This document shows positions 53,623 to 62,214 of a stretch of 64,000 bases of DNA, one piece after another. Below the pieces are notes generated by a model that had not been told where the DNA came from, searched no databases, and saw only the letters and a list, made by a program, of their open reading frames with translations. Location: positions 9,943 to 73,942 of the IMG/VR virus record IMGVR_UViG_3300003583_000001, one strand, 5' to 3'. Within the stretch, counting starts at the first letter, position 1, and each line of letters opens with the position of its first letter. The translations under genes were made by a program, and so were the position numbers. This stretch comes from a virus.

Positions 53623-54135
53623 ATGGCTAAGAGAACGATAGGTTATTTTTTAGCAATCGTTGGAGCAGTATTTGCAAGTCAAGCACTCGCAAACGAAAAT
53701 GCACCAATCACAGGAACAGTAGAATCTAAGTGTGTAATCTTTACTGAAACACAAGGTGTATATGGCACACCACTTGCAAGCAGACTTTCTACTACTGCGG
53801 CAGATGGTGGTGTTCAACCAATCATTCGTTATGACGTAGCGCTTGCTGATGCGTTTAAAGGAAAAATAACATTTCCAAGTGAATTTTCAAGTTCACCAAG
53901 CCTAACAGATACTCTAGCATTCACAGGGAATGTTGAAGTTCATAGTGTATCTGATACTGGAATGGCGGACTATGACACTAACAAAATAACATTCAACAAC
54001 ACTCACGAATATGATTTGACGGTTGCTGGTACAACTAAGTTCAAAATCTCTTCACAGGTAGACTACGGTAACAGTAAGGCTCTCCCTGCTGGTACATATA
54101 CAACACTTGTAAATGCGGAGTGTATCGCAAAGTAA
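53623..54135 (+). CDS. putative fimbrial subunit (Csu/SCPU archaic chaperone-usher pilin-like)
   Basis: Signal (ALA); N-terminal ITGTVESKC strand; C-terminal LPAGTYTTLVNAEC; about 148 aa, all-beta mature chain. Confidence 0.6.
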   Translation: MAKRTIGYFLAIVGAVFASQALANENAPITGTVESKCVIFTETQGVYGTPLASRLSTTAADGGVQPIIRYDVALADAFKGKITFPSEFSSSPSLTDTLAFTGNVEVHSVSDTGMADYDTNKITFNNTHEYDLTVAGTTKFKISSQVDYGNSKALPAGTYTTLVNAECIAK

Positions 54136-54146
54136 GGTAAGATATT

Positions 54147-54518
54147 ATGAAAATTGCAATTTTAGCAGCAGCGTTATTGTTTTCCTTTAGCGCTGCTGCT
54201 CATGAAATGACACCGGCATATTTAAAGATTAAACAATCTGAAGTGACTGATGTATATGCTACAGAGATTAAGATGTACAACAGAAGAAGTGATGTTGATT
54301 ACTATCAAATATCTGTATTTGATGGTCAGTGGAACAGGCTTCCATTTGCATCGTTTCAACGACTATTCAAACTTCCTTATACGAAAAGAAAAACGATTAA
54401 GGTGTATTTTCAAAAAGAAGTTGCTAATAAAGTCGTATATGTTTGTACAAAATCTAAGTTATATAAGGGAGCGGGAACATTCGTATCCTCAAGAATATGC
54501 TCTAAAGTAAAACGATGA
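54147..54518 (+). CDS. putative single-domain PapD-like periplasmic pilus chaperone
   Basis: Signal (AAA); HEMTPAYLKI...IKMYN.....YYQISV.D...F.L.....K.I.V...SRI resembles PapD N-domain strand order. Confidence 0.5.
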   Translation: MKIAILAAALLFSFSAAAHEMTPAYLKIKQSEVTDVYATEIKMYNRRSDVDYYQISVFDGQWNRLPFASFQRLFKLPYTKRKTIKVYFQKEVANKVVYVCTKSKLYKGAGTFVSSRICSKVKR

Positions 54519-54898
54519 AATACGTTATAGCATTGCTCGCATTGCTATTCAGCTTTAATGCATATGGTCAATCTTTGAACTTGAGTATTCCAAGTGCGCC
54601 AAGCAACTTTGGAAGTGATAGATTTCGTGCTGGGGATTTAGATTGTCAAAACTCTATTGGCTCTGCAACAAACCTTGAGTTTGGTGTTACAGGCATTCAA
54701 AGAGGTGATCCACAATTTGATGACAGTTCGCCAGACGTTGGTGTGTATGCAAGAATTGTGATACCACTTGGCGCAAGACCAAGGTCAAGGGTCAACTGTA
54801 ATACTCTTTATCAACTAGAACTATCAAAGAAACGATTAGAAATACTCAGACTTGAGAGGGAACTCAACCAACTAAAAGCATTACAGTTTGAGGACTAG
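54515..54898 (+). CDS. exported protein with Cys-flanked amphipathic beta-hairpin and C-terminal coiled coil
   Basis: Signal (AYG); DC...NLEFGVTG...DVGVYARIVIPL...NC..LYQLEL...LE..RL..EL. Confidence 0.8.
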   Translation: MKYVIALLALLFSFNAYGQSLNLSIPSAPSNFGSDRFRAGDLDCQNSIGSATNLEFGVTGIQRGDPQFDDSSPDVGVYARIVIPLGARPRSRVNCNTLYQLELSKKRLEILRLERELNQLKALQFED

Positions 54899-54907
54899 GA
54901 GAGAATA

Positions 54908-55387
54908 ATGGCAGAAGTAGAAATTGCTGGTATGAAGTTGAAAGGGGGCAAGATGATGGTCCTCTTTACAGTTCTATCTACTCTTGCAGGTGGTTTATGG
55001 GCTGGTTTTGAGTTCTACAAAGACTACATGGACATGAAAGAGATTGTTGAGAACATCGACATACAAGCCATTAAAGCAGACAATGCTCTTGTAGTGACGA
55101 AACTAGAAGAGGCAATAGACTATACCAGAGATATTAAACAAGGGTTGAAAGACGACATCATTCGTATGGAAAAGGTGACGGATGATACCAATCGTAGAAT
55201 GAAAGTTCTTCAGAGAGATATTGACCTTCGTATGAGAGAACTGTCGGACCTTTCTCGTGAGTCTGAGAAGGACGCTAGAGATACTATGCGTGAAACAGAG
55301 GATCGTATAGATGGTAAGATGGAAAAGCTCGATGCGAGTCTAAGAAAGACCCTTCAAGAAGCACTTGACAACCCACTAACAAAATAA
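54908..55387 (+). CDS. inner-membrane-anchored coiled-coil protein
   Basis: N-terminal TM (MMVLFTVLSTLAGGLWAGF), long heptad region, ends in ALDNPL. Confidence 0.8.
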   Translation: MAEVEIAGMKLKGGKMMVLFTVLSTLAGGLWAGFEFYKDYMDMKEIVENIDIQAIKADNALVVTKLEEAIDYTRDIKQGLKDDIIRMEKVTDDTNRRMKVLQRDIDLRMRELSDLSRESEKDARDTMRETEDRIDGKMEKLDASLRKTLQEALDNPLTK

Positions 55388-55430
55388 ATTTAAAAAAGTT
55401 TTGTTTTGAGTAAGTTTTTCGTATAAATAG

Positions 55431-55562
55431 ATCACTAGGGTGCGTGTTAGTGTATTCAAAGGAGTACAAGAGGCAAGTGTTAAGATCAAGTCGATCCAAA
55501 GCAAGGAAAAGTCGTTGTCGCCCATATGGGCCGCTGGGGTTGCGTTCGACCACGTTACTAGG
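55431..55562 (+). ncRNA. candidate late structured ncRNA (about 130 nt)
   Basis: TATAAATA at 55422-55429; closing stems CTAG/CTAG and CGTG/CACG; hairpins TGTATTC/GAGTACA and GCCCATATGGGC; terminator follows. Confidence 0.55.
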
Positions 55563-55567
55563 AAAAT

Positions 55568-55597
55568 AAAAGCCGCTTCTTACGAGGCGGCTTTTTT
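55568..55597. terminator. probable bidirectional intrinsic terminator
   Basis: AAAAGCCGCTTC-TTAC-GAGGCGGCTTTTTT between convergent units. Confidence 0.88.
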
Positions 55598-55600
55598 AAT

Positions 55601-56035
55601 TCATCGATAATTTGATTCTTCCTCAACTGCATAGTGGTGTCTACCAAATTTACCATCCAATGTGTATATGAGGGTGGGAATTTTATGATCTAATATGCAT
55701 TCTTGACAACCAGCGCATGGTTGAGACAGTCCAAATATCATATTTTGATGAACATCATTCTTCACACGACACACATAGATACTACATTTCTTCAAAATAT
55801 TAGTATCAACGACTTTGAGTGCGTTGTAGATAGCATTAGTTTCTGCGTGCCAGAAGATTGCTTCATCATTCTTTGCATATCTAGCTTGAAACGGATGACT
55901 CTTCATGTGACTAGTACCGAAAGAAACTATCTTATTTTTATAGACAATAGCAGCAACGTGGCGAGGCCACACATTCGCAAGGTCGAGTGCTGCTGGCTTC
56001 AGTATATTAAAAACTTCACTGTGTTTCATCTTCAT
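55601..56035 (-). CDS. second zinc-dependent deaminase-family protein
   Basis: H.AAIV.K..IVS.G...HAE..AI...SQPCAGC. Confidence 0.8.
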   Translation of the reverse strand: MKMKHSEVFNILKPAALDLANVWPRHVAAIVYKNKIVSFGTSHMKSHPFQARYAKNDEAIFWHAETNAIYNALKVVDTNILKKCSIYVCRVKNDVHQNMIFGLSQPCAGCQECILDHKIPTLIYTLDGKFGRHHYAVEEESNYR

Positions 56036-56219
56036 CCATTAAATAAGGGGCTATACAATATGTGAAAAAATTGGGTGTGTTACCGTTAAATCCTTTACCA
56101 AGATTTAATCCTCTACACACCTCATTCGCTCGCCTTCGACTTTTAAACGTCATTATGACGGTTTGCTCATTTTCTATTAACGCATATTCTCCATCTCTGT
56201 GATTTATTTCGTACGACAT
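56016..56219 (-). CDS. hypothetical protein
   Basis: LN.G.GF.G.TP.FF; coupled to gp41. Confidence 0.7.
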   Translation of the reverse strand: MSYEINHRDGEYALIENEQTVIMTFKSRRRANEVCRGLNLGKGFNGNTPNFFTYCIAPYLMDEDETQ

Positions 56220-57634
56220 TACGCAAAACTAGCCTTCCATATATTTTTACCAAACTTTTTAGGAAGGGTTGAGTCTTTCTCTTGTTCATCCCATCGTTCA
56301 CCATATGAACTATTGCTCATGACTGGTGTATCATCTACCATACCATCTTGTGCTGATTGTTCTACGTTATAGAACCTCATTCTCGAACGGTCGATGCCAA
56401 TCACGAAACGCTTGTTCGAATTTGGATCGCCCCATCGATTTTTCAACTGCTTAATCATAATCTGACCAAGTTGTTCTAGTTCTTCAGTAGCAATCAGAGC
56501 GACCATAAAGTCAGCGGTAGCAGGCAGACCAAACGATTCAGAAGTATCTTCAAGACCAACATCAGAACTGCTGAAGCCAGAGCGTGTGGTCTGAGTAGCA
56601 GATACAATAGGAACATCATACTCTACAGCAAGACCACGAAGTTCTTCAGCAATGGACTTGATTAGTGTGTACGAGTTTGCCATAGCGTTTGCTTTGATAC
56701 GACTGCTTGTACAGATGTTCAGATAATCAATATAGATGATATCTGGAGTGAAGTTCTTCTTGAGTTTCAGTTCGTTCAGTAGATGACGGAAATGACCTGA
56801 CCCAGCAGATGCTGTTGGATATTCTTTGACAATCAGCTTACCTGGAGTTTTTGACTTCAGTCGATTGACTTTCTTTTCAAAAACATCTTTAGGCATCATG
56901 TGGATTTCATCAATAGAAGCATCAAGCAGATTTGCATCAATGCGTTCAGCGATTCGTTCTTCAGCCATTTCTAGTGTAATATACAATACGTTCTTGCCGT
57001 GCATGAGATTGCTCGCAGCAAAATGACACATAGCAAGAGACTTACCCACGCCAGTACCAGCAAGAATGATATTGAGAGATTTACGAGGAAGACCACCCTT
57101 CGTAATGGTATTTAGCAGTTCGATATCAAACTCAATTCTGGCTTCTTTACGATGGTAGAACTCATATCGTTCATCAACATTCTCAAGAAAATCATGCCCG
57201 ACGCTATTGTCGAATGACACACCCAAAGCATCTTGAAGTAGCTTGGGTATAGAGCCTTTGTCTAGCTTGCTATCATTGGAATCCATAACACCAATCGATG
57301 TTCGAATCGCATTGTAGAGTGCTTTGTCTTGACAGAAGGTCTCGGTCTTATCAAGCAGCCAGTCTTCGCTGTTCTTATCATCATACGACAGTTCATTGAT
57401 TGTTTTAGAAACAACTTCAAACTGTTCTTCTGATACACTACGAGACTCTTCCAACGAAAGACGCAGAGCATCCTTCGTTGGCACAGAGTTGTAGTCTTTG
57501 ATATAGGTATCAATAGTGCGATAGATTAACTTGTTCTCTAAACTATCAAAATATTCTTCTTCTAAAAACGGTAATACTTTCCTCGTATATTCTTCATTAT
57601 GTAATAGACTCCCTAGAATGAGAGGTTCAATCAT
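56219..57634 (-). CDS. 41: replicative DNA helicase (T4 gp41)
   Basis: AGTGVGKS, ITLEMAEE, KEYPT, IDYLNIC, IAEELRGLA, ATQTTRSG, SESFGLPATAD, KQLKNR. Confidence 0.97.
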   Translation of the reverse strand: MIEPLILGSLLHNEEYTRKVLPFLEEEYFDSLENKLIYRTIDTYIKDYNSVPTKDALRLSLEESRSVSEEQFEVVSKTINELSYDDKNSEDWLLDKTETFCQDKALYNAIRTSIGVMDSNDSKLDKGSIPKLLQDALGVSFDNSVGHDFLENVDERYEFYHRKEARIEFDIELLNTITKGGLPRKSLNIILAGTGVGKSLAMCHFAASNLMHGKNVLYITLEMAEERIAERIDANLLDASIDEIHMMPKDVFEKKVNRLKSKTPGKLIVKEYPTASAGSGHFRHLLNELKLKKNFTPDIIYIDYLNICTSSRIKANAMANSYTLIKSIAEELRGLAVEYDVPIVSATQTTRSGFSSSDVGLEDTSESFGLPATADFMVALIATEELEQLGQIMIKQLKNRWGDPNSNKRFVIGIDRSRMRFYNVEQSAQDGMVDDTPVMSNSSYGERWDEQEKDSTLPKKFGKNIWKASFA

Positions 57635-57651
57635 GTAATATTCCTTCTATA

Positions 57652-57924
57652 TTAACCACCAACAAACACGTTGGTCACACCAGCATTTCGTTCATGCCCA
57701 CAACTATCCGCATCACCCTTTCTATTTACAGGCTCGCCTTCAGCAATCACTGTCGAACTTCCATTCTTAGTAACTGGTGCCGCATGAACACCAATGCCAT
57801 GACCAGCTACAGGGTCGTCATCAGTTGCCACAAGTTCTCCCGCTGCATACACAGTTTGTACGCTTGTTGACGTAACAGCAGCACCCGCTGTATTTTTTAG
57901 AGTGAGAGTATGTATCTCAGGCAT
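57652..57924 (-). CDS. PAAR-like spike-tip protein (T4 gp5.4-like)
   Basis: H....H......GSSTV.AEG.PV.R.GD..SCGH...G..NVFVGG. Confidence 0.8.
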   Translation of the reverse strand: MPEIHTLTLKNTAGAAVTSTSVQTVYAAGELVATDDDPVAGHGIGVHAAPVTKNGSSTVIAEGEPVNRKGDADSCGHERNAGVTNVFVGG

Positions 57925-58969
57925 CTATTGTTTCCTCGTCTGGTGCAAACATTGCTGTTTCACCAATAGTGTACCGACTCTTAATATACTCTGAAAAGTC
58001 GGTGGTTGTAAACATATTTGTCCAAAATTTTCCATTATCTTGAATATCTTTTGCTCGCTTCTTCTCACCAACAAGTTCACCCGTCTCACGATCTACAAGT
58101 TGATACCAACCATTTGAAGGCTTCGCTAGATAGTTCGCTTCAAGAGCCAGAGCCATCAAACCAGACCACTTATTGATACCACCTTCCCATGTCACTGAGA
58201 TTGGAATCTTAGACTTCTCTTTGATGTAACGAGATTTTTCTACGTTGATTACAAAGTGATAACCAGCAATATCAGTACCATCTTTCTCTTGTTGGCGACC
58301 AATAATCCAGATGTTATCAGCGGAGTAGTAGATGCCAGTACCACCAGAAACAACTGCTTTAGGAAACATACCAATTTCCATATAGGTATGATTCACAGCA
58401 ATCAATGGGATATCTTTGAGTGTAAGATGTGGTGTTACCATACGAAACAAAGACTTCATCTGCTTTGCACGAGACATATCAGCGACTGACTTCTCGTTCA
58501 TAGCATCTTCGACTTCTTTCTTAGACGCTAGATTGCCTACAGAATCGATGATGATACACACACGGTCACCTCGTTCGATACCGTCAAGTTGCTTCATGAT
58601 ATCAAACTTCAGTTGCTCAACATCCATAATAGGAGTGTGAACAACACGATCCATATCAATATCAAATGATTCAAAGTAGTTTTGAGGCGTACCAAACTCA
58701 GAGTCATAGAACAACACAACAGCATCATCATACTTCTTCAGATAAGCACTCGCCATTAGTAGAGAGAATGCAGTCTTGAAATGCTTCGATGGTCCAGCAA
58801 GCACTGTAAGCCCAGGTGTCAATCCACCATCAACTCGACCAGACAATGCGACATTGACCATAGGCACCTGTGTTGGCACCATCTCTTTCTTACCATAAAC
58901 TTTCGAGTTGGAAAGCGTAGCAGTAAGTTTGACTGTACTATTTTTAGTCAGTCTATCAAGTAGGCTCAT
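57917..58969 (-). CDS. uvsX: RecA-like recombinase
   Basis: AGPSKHFKT, FYDSEFG, IDSVGNLASKKE, NHTY, SGGTG..YSAD, KSR..KE. Confidence 0.97.
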   Translation of the reverse strand: MSLLDRLTKNSTVKLTATLSNSKVYGKKEMVPTQVPMVNVALSGRVDGGLTPGLTVLAGPSKHFKTAFSLLMASAYLKKYDDAVVLFYDSEFGTPQNYFESFDIDMDRVVHTPIMDVEQLKFDIMKQLDGIERGDRVCIIIDSVGNLASKKEVEDAMNEKSVADMSRAKQMKSLFRMVTPHLTLKDIPLIAVNHTYMEIGMFPKAVVSGGTGIYYSADNIWIIGRQQEKDGTDIAGYHFVINVEKSRYIKEKSKIPISVTWEGGINKWSGLMALALEANYLAKPSNGWYQLVDRETGELVGEKKRAKDIQDNGKFWTNMFTTTDFSEYIKSRYTIGETAMFAPDEETIDA

Positions 58970-58972
58970 AAT

Positions 58973-59239
58973 TTATCCTCTATATATTTCTGTCAACTTA
59001 TCACGAAACTCTTCAATCTTATCTAAACGATTAGGCCAGTAAATATAACTCTTATCTGGGTTCGCTGCTAGATTGTTAAGCAACGGTAATACAGAAGAGT
59101 ATAGCACATCTAAACGCTCTTGTATACCTAAAGCCTCTACAGAAGCAGAACTTTTTTCTTGTTCTAGCTTCTGTACGGCTTCAAGTTCATCTTCATCGAC
59201 TGCTGTAAATCCAAAGTCAAATGAATAATCTTCTACCAT
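58973..59239 (-). CDS. conserved hypothetical protein
   Basis: FDFGFTAVDEDEL...PLLNNL..NP.K.YIYWP.R. Confidence 0.8.
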   Translation of the reverse strand: MVEDYSFDFGFTAVDEDELEAVQKLEQEKSSASVEALGIQERLDVLYSSVLPLLNNLAANPDKSYIYWPNRLDKIEEFRDKLTEIYRG

Positions 59240-59240
59240 G

Positions 59241-59519
59241 TTATAGTGCTGCTACTGCTGCATTGAAAGCCGTTTGATCCACTGCTACTGCATCTTGTAG
59301 AGGAGTCAAGTCTTCAGTTGTCCAGTAACCCGTTTTATTGAGATAGATGTTAATATGCTCAATGTTGCGAGTTAGAGAACCAGCGTCCGTTGCATGGTCA
59401 GCAGGTGCTGCGACGACCATATTAATATGTGCAACGGATGCGAGACAGCCTGCATATACATGAGCAATCCTTGCTGCTTTCTCTTCATCTGTCATACCTT
59501 CAAAATCTGTATCTGACAT
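59241..59519 (-). CDS. hypothetical protein
   Basis: RNIEHI.I......W..EDLTPL..A; CTAAATA late-like promoter upstream. Confidence 0.7.
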   Translation of the reverse strand: MSDTDFEGMTDEEKAARIAHVYAGCLASVAHINMVVAAPADHATDAGSLTRNIEHINIYLNKTGYWTTEDLTPLQDAVAVDQTAFNAAVAAL

Positions 59520-59563
59520 TATTTTACATCCTTATTGTTTCGGTTGTTGTATAGTATTTAGTA

Positions 59564-60535
59564 TTAATATCCATTCGGAATGATAACGTAATGAATCATC
59601 AGAACGATACCGACGCTAACGCCGAGACCAATCATCATCTTCATAAAGTCTTTTGTAACAAGCGGAAACACTTGCTTCATCTTTGTATTATGAACCGTTG
59701 CGATTGCAAGTTCACGACCAGTCAATAGACCAACAAAGACCCAAGTAGTAGACATTGGAATGTTATTCAACTCTTTGAAGAAGTATAGAACAACGAAGTA
59801 TGCTAGGTCAATCAGACAAGCGCTTCGAATATACTTAGTCGAAGACTTTTCAATAACAATCTTCTGAATCTTACCACCACGCTCTCGGAACATCCAGCCA
59901 AGCCCAGCAACGAAGATAACGCTAATAACAAGCATCATATCGACAGGCACTTCACGAGGCAAGAACACAGCGATGTTAGCCATATCGTGAGACAACCAAG
60001 TCCACCACAGAAGACCTGTAGTACACCACTGAGCGAAACGCCAGTATGGACGAGACCAGTGATTACCAATCGACTTTCTTTCGTCAATCGCTCGGCTAAT
60101 CAGATGCCACAGTAGATACGCTGCTACTGCTGCTACAGCATAACCCATAATCGACTTCATCAACATCTTTTCTAAAACAAAAGTAGATGCAAATGCAGAG
60201 AGTACGAGGAATGATGTTGATACAGGAACACCAACACGAGTTAGACATAGTAGAATGGCTGGTGCTACTGCATGATACCATTGTATCTCTTGAAAGGGAA
60301 TCTTACTGAGACGTTCGTATGAAATGTCTCCGCCATTGATATGCCAACCATACCAGAGAGTTGCAAGCAATACAACTGAGGCAGCACCCCATAGAACTTT
60401 CCAATGAAAGCGTTCGTTGTTAGAAGCGATCCATGTTCCAAGTGTTTGAACAGAGTCGTTAGCGATAACTGAATAAGCAGCAAAAAGAAATCCAACTGCC
60501 ATCCAGAGAGTTAGTTGATCCATATTGTTCTCCAT
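59564..60535 (-). CDS. PiT-family-like inorganic phosphate transporter (multi-TM)
   Basis: About 10 TM helices; duplicated signatures IANDSVQ / SHDMANI and PVSTS / PMSTT. Confidence 0.7.
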   Translation of the reverse strand: MENNMDQLTLWMAVGFLFAAYSVIANDSVQTLGTWIASNNERFHWKVLWGAASVVLLATLWYGWHINGGDISYERLSKIPFQEIQWYHAVAPAILLCLTRVGVPVSTSFLVLSAFASTFVLEKMLMKSIMGYAVAAVAAYLLWHLISRAIDERKSIGNHWSRPYWRFAQWCTTGLLWWTWLSHDMANIAVFLPREVPVDMMLVISVIFVAGLGWMFRERGGKIQKIVIEKSSTKYIRSACLIDLAYFVVLYFFKELNNIPMSTTWVFVGLLTGRELAIATVHNTKMKQVFPLVTKDFMKMMIGLGVSVGIVLMIHYVIIPNGY

Positions 60536-60612
60536 TGTGTGAGATAGTAGAAGAGATTTCTCCCTCCTACTATCTATTCAAATATTCACTGTTGTAATGA
60601 AAGTTTAATATT

Positions 60613-61038
60613 TTACTTGATTTTCACTTTGCGAGGCTTTTGCTCGTCTGGAATAATGTCTTCCAACCAGACTTTGAGCATACCATTTACCATCTCAGCA
60701 CTCATTACTTCGACAGTTTCAGCAAGCGTGAATTGACGGGTAAACTTTCGTAGACCAATTCCACGATGAATCCACTCTTCGCCATTAGGCTCTTTCGTCT
60801 TTACGTCAGACTTGATGGTAAGTGTGGAATCTTTGTGTTCAATGTCGATATCCGCTTTGTCGAAACCCGCCACTGCGATTTCGATGACATACTTATTGTA
60901 GTCAACCTTTTTAACGTTAAAGGGAGGATACGACTGTTGACTGAATTGTTCTGTGGTAGTTTTGATCCGCTTAATCATATCTTGATAGCCAATAAAATAT
61001 GGCTGATAGATTGGATCGTTAAAAATGGATTGTACCAT
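60613..61038 (-). CDS. hsp20: small heat-shock protein (Hsp20, IbpA-like)
   Basis: YPPFN, IEIAVAGF, HRGIG.RKF.R.FTL, NGML.V.L...PDE.KP..I. Confidence 0.95.
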   Translation of the reverse strand: MVQSIFNDPIYQPYFIGYQDMIKRIKTTTEQFSQQSYPPFNVKKVDYNKYVIEIAVAGFDKADIDIEHKDSTLTIKSDVKTKEPNGEEWIHRGIGLRKFTRQFTLAETVEVMSAEMVNGMLKVWLEDIIPDEQKPRKVKIK

Positions 61039-61142
61039 GTTACTTTACTCCTTGTAAGCAAGTTAAGTGTTTAATAAAAAAGTATGAGACCCGTTTGGCA
61101 TCTCATACTTTTATTTATATCATATTGACTGTGATTAGTCAA
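61039..61142 (-). promoter_or_regulatory. hsp20 leader: overlapping TTGACT-17-TATAAA and TATAAATA promoters, 5' hairpin, ROSE-like SD hairpin
   Basis: CUUGCU-UACA-AGGAG (61048-61062); hairpin AAAAGTATGAGATGCC-AAAC-GGGTCTCATACTTTT. Confidence 0.65.
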
Positions 61143-61185
61143 CCTTTTTTCTATTTTTCATTTTAGTTTAACTAGGGTCGTTCTC

Positions 61186-62214
61186 TCAATTGTTTGCATA
61201 TAGATACTCCTCTAATGTGCTGATACTTTGTGTTTTTTCCGTACCATATCCCAAATCAAATAAACACTTCTCTATAGCATATTTACGAATATGTTTACAA
61301 CTGTTTGTCGCTAATGAAGAATAATCATTCCATTCTATATTATCTATTTTGTTAAGTATGTCCTCTTTATCTTTCTTTAATATGACACCATAACCAGAGC
61401 CATATTTTACATCTTCAAAATTATAAACTGTTGGGAGACTTTCTCCAAAAAATGAAGATGACACATAAAAATCATACTTTTCTAGATTGGTATTTTGGTC
61501 ATATTGTGCATCTATTCTGCACCAAGTACCAGTTTTTTCCAACCCACATAACCTATCTGGTGATGAACAGACAGTATATATATCTGCATACTTTGATATA
61601 TCATAGTCTGGGAATATTCCTTTACCTTCTCCTTTTTTCCACACTTGAAATAATGTGTTGACTTTAATTTCTTTATTGTTGTCTGGTGAAAAGAATAGTT
61701 CGCCCATAAGAATCTCTGAATGAATTAGATGTCCATTCTTGACTCTTTTCATGTTACTCCCTTTACCATTGCTATGAAATGACATTGGTAATATAAACGC
61801 AACATAGTCTGCAAATAATAAGGAGCGATTGATAAATGCAAGAGCTATCGCACCCCTAACACCAAAAGGTGGATTACCAATCACAATATAATTATTATTT
61901 TCTTTGGGATACCATGTTAAGTAGTCAGCTTGTTCAAACTCTGATCTTTTACGATCATGTAGTTCTATACCAATGCGATTTTTAACTGGTAGTAAATCGT
62001 AAAATACTCCTTCCCCAGCAGATGGTTCAATATAGGTATAGTCACCAATTGGTATCACCCGATTGGCAATGTCAACACATTTCTGAGCCGTTTCTGATGA
62101 CGTAAAGTAGCTATCGGCAGGCAAACTTTTGTTTATTGCATAATGTGGTAGTTCTGTTTTCTCTTTATTGTTTACTAAACCATCCCATGCACTAGACAAT
62201 CCTTGATACCTCAC
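61186..62214 (-). CDS. amino (N6-adenine) DNA methyltransferase
   Basis: YFT, IEPSAGEG.F (motif I), GIEL, DYL, IGNPPFG (motif IV), AFILP. Confidence 0.88.
   Translation of the reverse strand: MRYQGLSSAWDGLVNNKEKTELPHYAINKSLPADSYFTSSETAQKCVDIANRVIPIGDYTYIEPSAGEGVFYDLLPVKNRIGIELHDRKRSEFEQADYLTWYPKENNNYIVIGNPPFGVRGAIALAFINRSLLFADYVAFILPMSFHSNGKGSNMKRVKNGHLIHSEILMGELFFSPDNNKEIKVNTLFQVWKKGEGKGIFPDYDISKYADIYTVCSSPDRLCGLEKTGTWCRIDAQYDQNTNLEKYDFYVSSSFFGESLPTVYNFEDVKYGSGYGVILKKDKEDILNKIDNIEWNDYSSLATNSCKHIRKYAIEKCLFDLGYGTEKTQSISTLEEYLYANN

Noticed and set aside
52288-55387. Calling the exported-protein operon a curli (csgF/csgG) locus
   Set aside because: No lipobox-bearing CsgG-sized ORF or curlin repeats are present; the resemblance is only the hairpin-oligomer idea.
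57652-57924. PAAR gene as evidence of a type VI secretion system
   Set aside because: The context is a myovirus; it corresponds to the tail-spike tip protein.
60575-60612. Possible Pho box upstream of the PiT-like gene
   Set aside because: Only a weak 11-bp-spaced AT-rich repeat (ATTAAA/ATTACA); it cannot be distinguished from background by eye.
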